DNA of 52,678 nucleotides from Candidatus Omnitrophota bacterium (lineage in GTDB: Bacteria > Omnitrophota > Gorgyraeia > Duberdicusellales > 4484-171). Shown here one piece after another: positions 35,437-43,122 of the stretch (position 1 is its first letter; every line of letters begins with the position of its first letter). Where the stretch lies: assembly GCA_043815185.1 (NCBI GenBank), contig JBDRJF010000013.1, positions 1 to 52,678 on the forward strand. The letters are read 5' to 3'. The notes beneath the pieces were generated by a model. That model did not search any database and was not told the origin of the DNA. It was given only the letters and a program-made list of their open reading frames with translations. The position numbers and the translations under genes were made by a program.

Positions 35437-36090
35437 TCACCCGTTTTTCCCCTGTCTTCGCTTAGTAAGAAAAATTAAACTCTCCAGCTCAGAGGCCATA
35501 TCTACGTTCGATACCGATACAGTTTGAGAAACTTTCAGCACAATCGGTGCAAAATTCAAGATACCTTTTATCCCTGATGAAACCAGCCCATCGGCAACCT
35601 TTTGAGCAACTTCCGGCGGTGTAGAAATGATGGCAATTTTAATATTTTCTTTTCTGATAATGCGCTGCATCTGTTTTACATGACGAATCTTTACTCCTTG
35701 CCTGACTCTTCTAATTTTATCTTCATCAATATCAAAGGCCAGGGTTATTTTAAGCTTGAATTTGGAAAACCCCTCAAAGCCTAAAAGAGCGCTTCCCAAT
35801 CTTCCTATGCCTACTATAGCAATTCTCCGTTCTTGATCCAGGCCTAAGATACTTTCAATCTCCTGGGCTAACCTTTCAACATTATAACCGACACCCCTCT
35901 TGCCAAAACCACCGAAGAAAGAAAGATCTTTTCTGAACTGCTCCGGACTAACATTAAGAAATTTGGTTAGTTTATCGGAAGATATAACATCAGTATTCTG
36001 ATCTTTTAATCGCTTTAAATTCCTCAGATAGATACTGAGACGCCTAATCGTCTCTAAGGAAAAACTATTTTTTTCATTTCGTTTCTTCAT
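35437..36090 (-). CDS. rex: Redox-sensing transcriptional repressor Rex
   Basis: TIRRLSIYLR, RKDLSFFGGFGKRGVGY, VGIGRLG and GILNFAP motifs. Confidence 0.95.
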   Translation of the reverse strand: MKKRNEKNSFSLETIRRLSIYLRNLKRLKDQNTDVISSDKLTKFLNVSPEQFRKDLSFFGGFGKRGVGYNVERLAQEIESILGLDQERRIAIVGIGRLGSALLGFEGFSKFKLKITLAFDIDEDKIRRVRQGVKIRHVKQMQRIIRKENIKIAIISTPPEVAQKVADGLVSSGIKGILNFAPIVLKVSQTVSVSNVDMASELESLIFLTKRRQGKNG

Positions 36091-37399
36091 CAAGTAATTC
36101 CCCACTGACTCCTAAATCTGTAGGCGCCCGGCCTAAAGATTTAAGTAAAGCTATTGCCTGATCAATTTGCTTATCTATTAACTCCTCATTATAAGCCTTA
36201 TTAGGATAAATCTCATAAAGCTTTCGATACTTAACTGGTGTAACATTAAGCATCAAAGAGTTAGCACCTGAAAGCAACCCCTTCTCGCGAGTAGTCGGTT
36301 CTAAAGTCTCTAGGGCTGTAGTTACTAAGATTTTAGCCCGCTCAGGATCAATGAACCGGGCCAGGGCTAAGGCCTTTAAAACCAGCCCTTCTGGCGGTGG
36401 TACAAGATTCACCAAAGGTGTCTTAGGGTGCGGCAAAAATGGTCCAAAAGAATACATTTCAGCACCTAGTTCTTTTGTCAAATTAATGTCATTTACAATA
36501 TCCTCATTGCTTTGCCCTGGCAAACCGATAAGTGCCCCAGTCATAATTAGATAGCCTGATGATGAAGCCTTCCTAATATGCTCTAATCTAGTTTCCAGTT
36601 TCCTTCCCGGGTGAAGACGAGCATAAATATCTGGATTAGAGCTCTCAAAACGCATGAGTAGAGCTCTTGCCCCGGCACTATAGAGTTTTTCTAATCCCTC
36701 TAATCCTACCTCGCCAAAACTAATACAGATTAATACCGGAACCTTTTCTTTAATTTTTTTTATAGTTGCAGCTAACTCATCAACGCTATATCCGGAATCT
36801 TCTCCACTCTGTAAAACTAAAGCTTGAAAACCATATTTTTCTACTGCTTCAACAGCAGTTTCAATAATTTCCTCCCGACTCATCCGGTAACGCGCAAGGC
36901 CCCTATTGTCAGTTGATATTCCACAATAAGTACATTGTTGCTGGCAATGATTTGAGATTTCAATTATTCCGTGGATACAACAAGAGTTTTTATGGTATTT
37001 TTGTCGTAAGAAGTTTGCTGATTTATAAAGAAGTTGGCAAGACTGCTGACTATCTAAATCAAGTAAGTACAACAACTCATCTTTCTTTAAGGGTATGTTC
37101 TCTAGGGCCTTATCTAAAATAAAACGTAGTCTCTTATCGCTGCCTTCATCCAAATCTAGGCGGGAAAGGCGCAGGTCAACGTCTTGGAGCTCGAAAAATA
37201 ACTCCTGCCAGGCTGATAAAACATCTTTGGCTTCATCAGCAGATACTTTTTTTATTACAAATCCGCCTTGAGCGCAGATATAATCGCCAACAGCAATATC
37301 GTAAAACTCATTAATTGCTTTTTTCTCTTCACCAAAGTAGTCTACTAAGACTTGTCTTCCCTTTACCTCTTTTACTTTTCCGGGAATTGCGTAACACAT
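36074..37399 (-). CDS. Fusion: N-terminal HypC/HupF domain + HydE-like radical SAM domain
   Basis: Residues 1-~65 (MCYAIPGKV..V......VDYFG......VGDY....GFVI..V..DEA) match the HypC pattern. The remainder has GIIEISNHCQQQCTYC, VLQSGED, RFES.NPDIY..LHP, IGLPGQ, GPFLPHPKTPL, TTALETL, GANSLMLN.TP and Y..YEIYPNK, matching the HydE/PylB pattern. It is a single continuous ORF. Confidence 0.88.
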   Translation of the reverse strand: MCYAIPGKVKEVKGRQVLVDYFGEEKKAINEFYDIAVGDYICAQGGFVIKKVSADEAKDVLSAWQELFFELQDVDLRLSRLDLDEGSDKRLRFILDKALENIPLKKDELLYLLDLDSQQSCQLLYKSANFLRQKYHKNSCCIHGIIEISNHCQQQCTYCGISTDNRGLARYRMSREEIIETAVEAVEKYGFQALVLQSGEDSGYSVDELAATIKKIKEKVPVLICISFGEVGLEGLEKLYSAGARALLMRFESSNPDIYARLHPGRKLETRLEHIRKASSSGYLIMTGALIGLPGQSNEDIVNDINLTKELGAEMYSFGPFLPHPKTPLVNLVPPPEGLVLKALALARFIDPERAKILVTTALETLEPTTREKGLLSGANSLMLNVTPVKYRKLYEIYPNKAYNEELIDKQIDQAIALLKSLGRAPTDLGVSGELLDEETK

Positions 37400-37491
37400 A
37401 ATAAGTAGATAATTTATGGAGCAAAGTGAACATAAATTATAGGCGTTAGCCGCCTACGAATTACCCCGAGGAAATCGAAGATTTCCCGGGA
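37400..37491. repeat. Double-hairpin intergenic element, copy 4
   Basis: AATAA-[GTAG ATAATTTATG..CATAAATTAT..CTAC]-GAATTACCCCG-[GGAAATC GAA GATTTCC]-CGGGA; abuts the ATG of the HypC-HydE gene. Confidence 0.6.
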
Positions 37492-37526
37492 CTAAGTCCC
37501 TGAAATTTTTCCGAAATTTCTAGGGG

Positions 37527-37638
37527 TCCCGAAACATCTAAATACTTAAAAAATTTCACAGAAATTTTTAAAGAATGTTTCGGGATGAATTCAACTACAG
37601 GCTTGCATTCGCTCCGCTCTGCAAACCTAAGTTTCATT
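37527..37638. repeat. Double-hairpin intergenic element, copy 5 (inverted relative to copy 4)
   Basis: TCCCGAAACAT...ATGTTTCGGGA-TGAATTC-[AACT..GG.TTGCA..TGCAA.CC..AGTT]-TCATT; overlaps the hypA stop. Confidence 0.7.
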
Positions 37639-37876
37639 CACAGTCAAAGGAAACAACTTCTATGCGCGTACTCGGAAAAAAAATAATCTCCAGCTTCGCA
37701 TCTTTAAGGATAGTATTCTTAGCCAGAAGTGCAAAAGTCTGGCGAAATGAATCTTCCTTAACGCCGGTAAGCTCTCCGATCTTAAGCCGAACCCGGGTTA
37801 CGGTTTTTGCTCCTTCTTCTTCAGCATGCTTAGCTATCCCTTTGATTATCGGCTCAATCAGATGAGTCTCATGCAT
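37634..37876 (-). CDS. hypA: Minimal HypA-like nickel chaperone lacking the zinc-finger domain
   Basis: MHE N-terminus, V.LKIGELTGV, ILKDAKLEI, then directly the terminal strand IEVVSFDCE. No CxxC motifs; 80 aa. Confidence 0.8.
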   Translation of the reverse strand: MHETHLIEPIIKGIAKHAEEEGAKTVTRVRLKIGELTGVKEDSFRQTFALLAKNTILKDAKLEIIFFPSTRIEVVSFDCE

Positions 37877-38330
37877 TAAATGACTCCCTAATCAATCTTG
37901 CGACTTCCCTTAAAGTCTGCCTCAGGCTGAGTGAAAGTTCAGACCCTAACTCGATTGTTTTCGGCTGGACCCCAAACATATAAATATCAGCCTCGGTCTC
38001 CTTAGTTAAACACTCCATAAACATTGCCGGGGATATGTCATGGGTAGTAAATCCGCACTTTACGATATCTTCTTCTTCTAAAATCTCATACTCCCCGGGA
38101 TTTCTTCCTAAATACACAGCATCAATGATTAAAACCGTATCGGGCTTTTCCTTAATAATCTTACCGATATAATTCTCCGGTGCCGACCCAGCATCTATGC
38201 AAACTGCTCTGGTTTCATCCTTTATCTTGTTAATAAGGGCTGGTCCAAAACCATCGTCGCCGCGAATAATATTACCGATGCCAACAATAACCACCTTTCC
38301 TTTGAGTATATCTTTCAATTTGTTTTGCAT
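37869..38330 (-). CDS. hycI: Hydrogenase maturation endopeptidase, HycI type
   Basis: VGIGN.IRGDDGFG, APEN, IIDA, TTH and GVQP motifs. Confidence 0.9.
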   Translation of the reverse strand: MQNKLKDILKGKVVIVGIGNIIRGDDGFGPALINKIKDETRAVCIDAGSAPENYIGKIIKEKPDTVLIIDAVYLGRNPGEYEILEEEDIVKCGFTTHDISPAMFMECLTKETEADIYMFGVQPKTIELGSELSLSLRQTLREVARLIRESFNA

Positions 38331-38335
38331 TGTGA

Positions 38336-38950
38336 TTAAGTAGTCAGAGTAGTTTCCCGGCGGCAGCGGGCGCAAAGAATCTTTATCCGGTCGGAACGTC
38401 CCTGATCCTTTAGCACTGATATGATATTCTCATCGACTATACCCAGATTTTTTAGGCCGGTGAGATAAAGTGTGGGGCTGGAAAAACTGAGCTCACCGAG
38501 TCTCTGATTAATCCATCTCAGGTGGTCAGAACAGGCAATCGTCTCGCCGCAAATTTCACAAAGCTGCAGTTTCTTCTCTATCCGCTCTAAAGCTTCACTG
38601 CGGTCAAAAAAGGAAAGTTCCCAATCGCCGGATAGCTTGATACCTTGATTATCGGCAATACAAGCAGCCTGGCACTGGCCGCAGAATATGCAGGTATCAG
38701 TATAGTGGATCATAACCCTGCGGGGATTATCCTTATCATTAATGATATCGATATTTCCAATTGCTTCTACCGGACAAACCTCTTTACAAGCCAGGCAGCC
38801 AACACACTTATCCTGATCAAATTTAGGTTGACCCCGGAAATTAGGGTGAGGTTGGTGTGACTCAACAGGAAACTTTGAAGTATACGGCCCTTTTATAAGG
38901 GCTTTTATTGCTTCAATTAATTCTCTGATCTTTGGTAAAGGTATTTTCAT
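38336..38950 (-). CDS. 2x[4Fe-4S] subunit (NuoI/HycF/MbhN-like) with extra C-terminal Cys pairs
   Basis: YTSKFP, FRGQP, CVGCLACKEVCP, CIFCGQCQAAC, CEIC and CARC motifs. Confidence 0.88.
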   Translation of the reverse strand: MKIPLPKIRELIEAIKALIKGPYTSKFPVESHQPHPNFRGQPKFDQDKCVGCLACKEVCPVEAIGNIDIINDKDNPRRVMIHYTDTCIFCGQCQAACIADNQGIKLSGDWELSFFDRSEALERIEKKLQLCEICGETIACSDHLRWINQRLGELSFSSPTLYLTGLKNLGIVDENIISVLKDQGRSDRIKILCARCRRETTLTT

Positions 38951-38955
38951 TCCTG

Positions 38956-38994
38956 TTTTAAGTTTTTAGTTTTGCGCTTTTAGCTTTTCACTTT
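38956..38994. repeat. Degenerate heptamer repeat tract
   Basis: TTTTAAG TTTTTAG TTTTGCG CTTTTAG CTTTTCA; a similar tract lies at about 14953-14982. Confidence 0.5.
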
Positions 38995-39330
38995 CTAGAC
39001 TTCTCCCTCTTTATCTTCTAAATACTTATCGACAACGCTCTCCTTGCTAAGCTTTACCCCTGCCCTATGCGCACCTCTGGCTATAGCATGGGCAGCCACT
39101 GGAGAGGTTAATAGCAAAAATACCATACATAAAAGTGCTTTCATTCCGGCAGCTGTAGGGCCGACGATAAGAAATGTCCCGAATAGAATACTGCAGGTGC
39201 CTAAAGTAACACACTTTGTTGCTGCCTGCAGACGATTATATACATCAGGAAGACGGACCAGCCCTAAAGCACCAAAAAGATCAAAAGCCAATCCTAAACC
39301 AATAAATATCAAACCGATAATACTACTCAT
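38995..39330 (-). CDS. mnhG: Mrp/Mnh antiporter subunit G
   Basis: GLVRLPDVYNRLQAATK..TLG and TSPVAAHAIARGA motifs. Confidence 0.92.
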   Translation of the reverse strand: MSSIIGLIFIGLGLAFDLFGALGLVRLPDVYNRLQAATKCVTLGTCSILFGTFLIVGPTAAGMKALLCMVFLLLTSPVAAHAIARGAHRAGVKLSKESVVDKYLEDKEGEV

Positions 39331-39346
39331 CGAACCCTCTTCCTTA

Positions 39347-39408
39347 AATCAGACCACAATTTATGGAACGAAATGAGCATAAATTGTACGGTCGAATTTA
39401 TCCTGGAT
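39347..39408. repeat. Double-hairpin intergenic element, copy 6 (second hairpin reduced)
   Basis: AATCA-[GACC ACAATTTATG..CATAAATTGT AC GGTC]-GAATTTATCC-T-GGAT; the inner hairpin is similar to that of copy 4. Confidence 0.65.
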
Positions 39409-39411
39409 CTT

Positions 39412-39780
39412 CTATTCATCAAAGCCCCTTCCTTCCAAATACTTTGATAAAGCTAAAGTACTTATAAAACTCTGCAAAGCCCAGGCTATTCCGATATCAA
39501 TATACCAAGATCTTCCGGTAGAAATAGTCAGTATTGCGCACAAACCAGCAATCATGATACCCAAAATATCAATTGCCACTATCCGGTCAGCACCAGTCGG
39601 CCCCCTATAAATACGATAGAGACATAAAAAACAAGCTAAAATAAGTATGTAGAGAGCTCTGCCTACGAACCCGACAAAGGGGAGGTCGGGATAAAAAAGA
39701 AAAGGAAACGGCCGGATTATTATTAAACCTACAATCCCTCCTAAAACAATTGCGCCAATAAACCATTTGATTCTCTTCAT
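39412..39780 (-). CDS. mnhF: Mrp/Mnh antiporter subunit F (extra N-terminal helix)
   Basis: RIYRGPTGADRIVAID and FISTLALSKYL motifs. Confidence 0.88.
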   Translation of the reverse strand: MKRIKWFIGAIVLGGIVGLIIIRPFPFLFYPDLPFVGFVGRALYILILACFLCLYRIYRGPTGADRIVAIDILGIMIAGLCAILTISTGRSWYIDIGIAWALQSFISTLALSKYLEGRGFDE

Positions 39781-39790
39781 CTTAACCTCT

Positions 39791-40288
39791 CTAATCAAAA
39801 ATCTTTTTTAGTATTTTTTCAAAGCGTTGGACAATGATTTTTGTAGCACTTTCAGTATCTTTTGCCCTTACATTAATCCAATGTATATATAAAACACCAT
39901 TATTCTTATCGATATCGACACTCATAGTGCCGGGAGTCAAGGTTATAGAATTAGCTAAAAAAGTAAGAGCAGTGTCACTCTTGAGAATTGTCTTTACTTT
40001 AACAATTCCCGGTTTTATCGGTAAATCCGGATGCAATACCCGATAAGCAACATCGATATTTGCTTTAATAAGCTCCCAGGAAAATACCGGTAAATAATGG
40101 GCAACAAAATACCAGTACCGCCAAGGATGTTTCAAAACATGGGGACGGGTAACAAATAAATCTCCGGTTAGAATAGCTACAAAAGCTGCCACAAAAATGC
40201 CAACTATAAGATGTTGGGAATCCGGAACCCAATTTAGGAGACACCAGCCTAAAAATGCTACCAAGAATAGTATTATCCTGCTTCTCAT
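39791..40288 (-). CDS. mnhE: Mrp/Mnh antiporter subunit E
   Basis: KANIDVA, PGIV, LANSITLTPGT and LYIHWI motifs. Confidence 0.92.
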   Translation of the reverse strand: MRSRIILFLVAFLGWCLLNWVPDSQHLIVGIFVAAFVAILTGDLFVTRPHVLKHPWRYWYFVAHYLPVFSWELIKANIDVAYRVLHPDLPIKPGIVKVKTILKSDTALTFLANSITLTPGTMSVDIDKNNGVLYIHWINVRAKDTESATKIIVQRFEKILKKIFD

Positions 40289-40291
40289 TTT

Positions 40292-41794
40292 TTACCTCAC
40301 TGCCTCAAAAACCGTTGGGCCGTATTCTACACCTTTGACAAGCACATCTACAGCTGGCTTTAAGAAAACTTGCCTTAAACCCGGCAGAAGTAAAACTCCT
40401 CCAACAATGCAGATAAGAGCTAAAGCCACCATAGCCAAAACCATGAAAAGAGGAGCTTCTTTTATCGTGCTCCATTTTTCTCTTAGCTTACCAAAGAAAC
40501 CATATTTCATAACCTTAGTAAATGAAGCTAAGGTCAATATGCTAGCTAAAACTGCCCAAAAAGCATAACCAAAATGACCAGCGCTTACAGCAGCAATTAT
40601 AATCAACAGCTTACTCCAAAATCCATTAAAAGGCGGGATACCGGCAATAGACATTGAAGCAGTAAGGCTGGTAGTACTAGTTACCGGCATTCTCTCCCTT
40701 AATCCACCCATCTTTTGTAAATCTCGGGTTCCTGTAGAATACTCCACTGCTCCGGAATTTAAAAACAAGAGCGACTTAAATATTGAGTGGTTAAAGAGGT
40801 GAAATAAACCCCCTAATATACCTAAAGGTGTGCCCAAGCCAATACCTAAAACAACATAACCGATTTGGCTTATTGAATGATATGCTAATAGGCGTTTGAA
40901 ATCCCACTGACCAATCGCCAAAAATACCCCGATTACCATCGAGACTGCCCCTAAGAACATTAACAAAGAAGAAATTTTTAAACTCAATCCAATTACATTA
41001 AAGAATATTCTGCAAATAGTGTATACACCTAGAGACTTTATCAGAACTCCTGAGAGCATAGCTGATATCGGAGCCGGTGCCGAAGGATGAGCATCAGGAA
41101 GCCAAGCATGAAAAGGAACCAGTGCGGCTTTTAATCCAAAACCCATGATAAATAAAACGCTCACCATAAGACCAACATTGCCAAGGCCCTTTTCGGCTAA
41201 GATTACTGCCATATCAGCCATATTTAATGTTGAAGTATAGCTATACAAGAATACAATTCCGATAAGAATAAAAAGCGAACCAACAGTACTCATAACTGCA
41301 TATTTGAAAGCAGCTTCTAGCTCATGGCGTTCGGTTCCAAAAGCAACTAAAGCATAACTTGCTACCGAAGCAATCTCTAAGAATACAAACAAATTAAAGA
41401 TATCACCGGTGATAATTACCCCGTTCATTCCGGCTAGCATCAAAAGGAATAAAGTATAAAACTTCCACTTCGAAGTATACTTCTCCATGTAATTTATTGC
41501 ATAGATAGAAATAATAAAAGCAACTAGGTTTACAGTAACAAGCATAAATGAAGTTAAACCATCCAGGACCAGGGCTATGCCTACCGGCGGCTTCCAATGA
41601 CCAACACTGTAAACTATAGTTCCGTAGGAATTAGATAGCTTTAGGGCAAAGGCAGAAAGACAAAGCAATGTAAGAGTGGTAAGATTTCCTAGGAAATCAG
41701 GAAACCATTTTATTTTTTTACCGACAATAGAGACTAAAAAGGCTCCAGCTAACGATATAGCTACAAAAAGAGGTATTATGTTAGCCCCCGGCAT
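40292..41794 (-). CDS. mnhD: Mrp/Mnh antiporter subunit D (MbhH-like)
   Basis: DIFNLFVFLEI, KAALVPFHAWLPDAH, KRLLAYHSISQIG and GIPPFNGFWSK motifs. Confidence 0.9.
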   Translation of the reverse strand: MPGANIIPLFVAISLAGAFLVSIVGKKIKWFPDFLGNLTTLTLLCLSAFALKLSNSYGTIVYSVGHWKPPVGIALVLDGLTSFMLVTVNLVAFIISIYAINYMEKYTSKWKFYTLFLLMLAGMNGVIITGDIFNLFVFLEIASVASYALVAFGTERHELEAAFKYAVMSTVGSLFILIGIVFLYSYTSTLNMADMAVILAEKGLGNVGLMVSVLFIMGFGLKAALVPFHAWLPDAHPSAPAPISAMLSGVLIKSLGVYTICRIFFNVIGLSLKISSLLMFLGAVSMVIGVFLAIGQWDFKRLLAYHSISQIGYVVLGIGLGTPLGILGGLFHLFNHSIFKSLLFLNSGAVEYSTGTRDLQKMGGLRERMPVTSTTSLTASMSIAGIPPFNGFWSKLLIIIAAVSAGHFGYAFWAVLASILTLASFTKVMKYGFFGKLREKWSTIKEAPLFMVLAMVALALICIVGGVLLLPGLRQVFLKPAVDVLVKGVEYGPTVFEAVR

Positions 41795-42138
41795 TATCCT
41801 TTCAACTCCTTAATTTTAGTAATATCAAAAGTACCGTATTTTTCATAAATTCTCATAGCAATAGCGACTAATAAAGCTGTGGTAGCTAAACCAATAACAA
41901 TAGCTGTAAGCACCAAAGCATGCGGTAAGGGATCGACCATAGTAGAACCGGAAATATTCACTTGAGATGAGAATATTGGAGCTCTACCGCCAATACGATA
42001 GGCGACCAAAATAAAAAAGAGGTTAACCGCATACTCGCATATAATAATCCCAACAATAATCTTAATAATATTACGTTTTCGTAAGATACAATATAGCCCT
42101 ACGCAAAAAAGTATTAAACAAAGAAAATATACTATCAC
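41794..42138 (-). CDS. mnhC: Mrp/Mnh antiporter subunit C
   Basis: NIIKI and DPLPHALVLTAIVIG motifs. Confidence 0.92.
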   Translation of the reverse strand: MIVYFLCLILFCVGLYCILRKRNIIKIIVGIIICEYAVNLFFILVAYRIGGRAPIFSSQVNISGSTMVDPLPHALVLTAIVIGLATTALLVAIAMRIYEKYGTFDITKIKELKG

Positions 42139-42587
42139 TTCTTCTCCTTTGACTCTAAATTTAATAAGACCAAGGCAACGAATATTGCAAACAGCCCGGC
42201 ACCGACTTTAAGACTAATAGCTATATTGCAAAGAGGGATAATCCCGGCACTAAAAAGTTCATAAGGTTTACCTTTGGCCATAAAATTCAAAAAGAAATAT
42301 CCTCCGGTAAATCCTAAGAGGGCTATACCTAAAAACATTATCGCCCCGGCATTTTCAAAAAATGATACCACCGCCTTAGGCAACTTCTTCAAAGCAGTCT
42401 CCTTGCCGTAAGCTAACATAAGATGGATAAAGGAAAGAGCAATAATAACCCCTCCGGCAAATCCTCCACCAGGAGATAAATGGCCGTGGGTAAGAATATA
42501 AATACCGTAGAGCAGTATCAAGCCTACTGTAAGACGAGTAATTGTCTTAACAATTACTGACATACCTTTATTATGCTCTCGACTCAT
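42135..42587 (-). CDS. mnhB: Mrp/Mnh antiporter subunit B (MbhF-like)
   Basis: GHLSPGGGFAGG motif. Confidence 0.9.
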   Translation of the reverse strand: MSREHNKGMSVIVKTITRLTVGLILLYGIYILTHGHLSPGGGFAGGVIIALSFIHLMLAYGKETALKKLPKAVVSFFENAGAIMFLGIALLGFTGGYFFLNFMAKGKPYELFSAGIIPLCNIAISLKVGAGLFAIFVALVLLNLESKEKK

Positions 42588-43117
42588 CCAGCCTCATCTT
42601 GTTTTTTTCTGCCGATTTTACGCACAATAGCCAAGACTCCGATTACAGCAGTAAATAGTACTGTAGCCTCGCCTAAAGTGTCATAGGCTCTAAAATCTAA
42701 TATTACCGAAGAAACAACATTAGCTGCGCCAGTCTGGCTTAAACCATCAACAAGATATGTTTTGGCAACCTTCATAATTGGATAACCAAAACCAGGCAGC
42801 TCTCTTAAAGCCTTTATGGCTACAAATAAAAATATGGCGATAAAGGTGAGAGTAATAAGTGTATTTAGAAACCACCTGCCAGTAGTAGCAAAAGGTAAAT
42901 CTTTCTTCAAAGTCGCCCGAATCAAAATAATCAAACACAATATCTCAACTACTAGCTGGGTAATTGCTACATCCGGTGCTTTTAAAATTAAAAAAACCAT
43001 CGAAAGTGCTATACCTACTGCACCAACGGTTACCACCGAAGAAAGAAGGTCTTTTACTTCAATAGCAATTACCGCACCGATAATCATAAATATTAGAAGA
43101 AGGTATAGTTCAATCAT
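42584..43117 (-). CDS. MbhD+MbhE-like subunit (MrpA C-terminal part)
   Basis: APDVAITQ and NVVSSVILDFRAYDTLGE motifs; start placed at MIELYLL (43117). Confidence 0.88.
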   Translation of the reverse strand: MIELYLLLIFMIIGAVIAIEVKDLLSSVVTVGAVGIALSMVFLILKAPDVAITQLVVEILCLIILIRATLKKDLPFATTGRWFLNTLITLTFIAIFLFVAIKALRELPGFGYPIMKVAKTYLVDGLSQTGAANVVSSVILDFRAYDTLGEATVLFTAVIGVLAIVRKIGRKKQDEAG

Positions 43118-43122
43118 AACAC

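Noticed and set aside
36061-36090. Possible frameshift at the rex start (out-of-frame ATGA at 36077 followed by an A7 run)
   Set aside because: An in-frame ATG at 36090 gives a full-length Rex, so no frameshift needs to be invoked.
33936-37399. Annotating the two radical SAM genes as thiH and bioB
   Set aside because: The first has the HydG C-terminal cluster domain and the dangler His. The second has HydE-type motifs (GPFLPHP.TPL, YxxYPNK). No thiamine or biotin genes are nearby.
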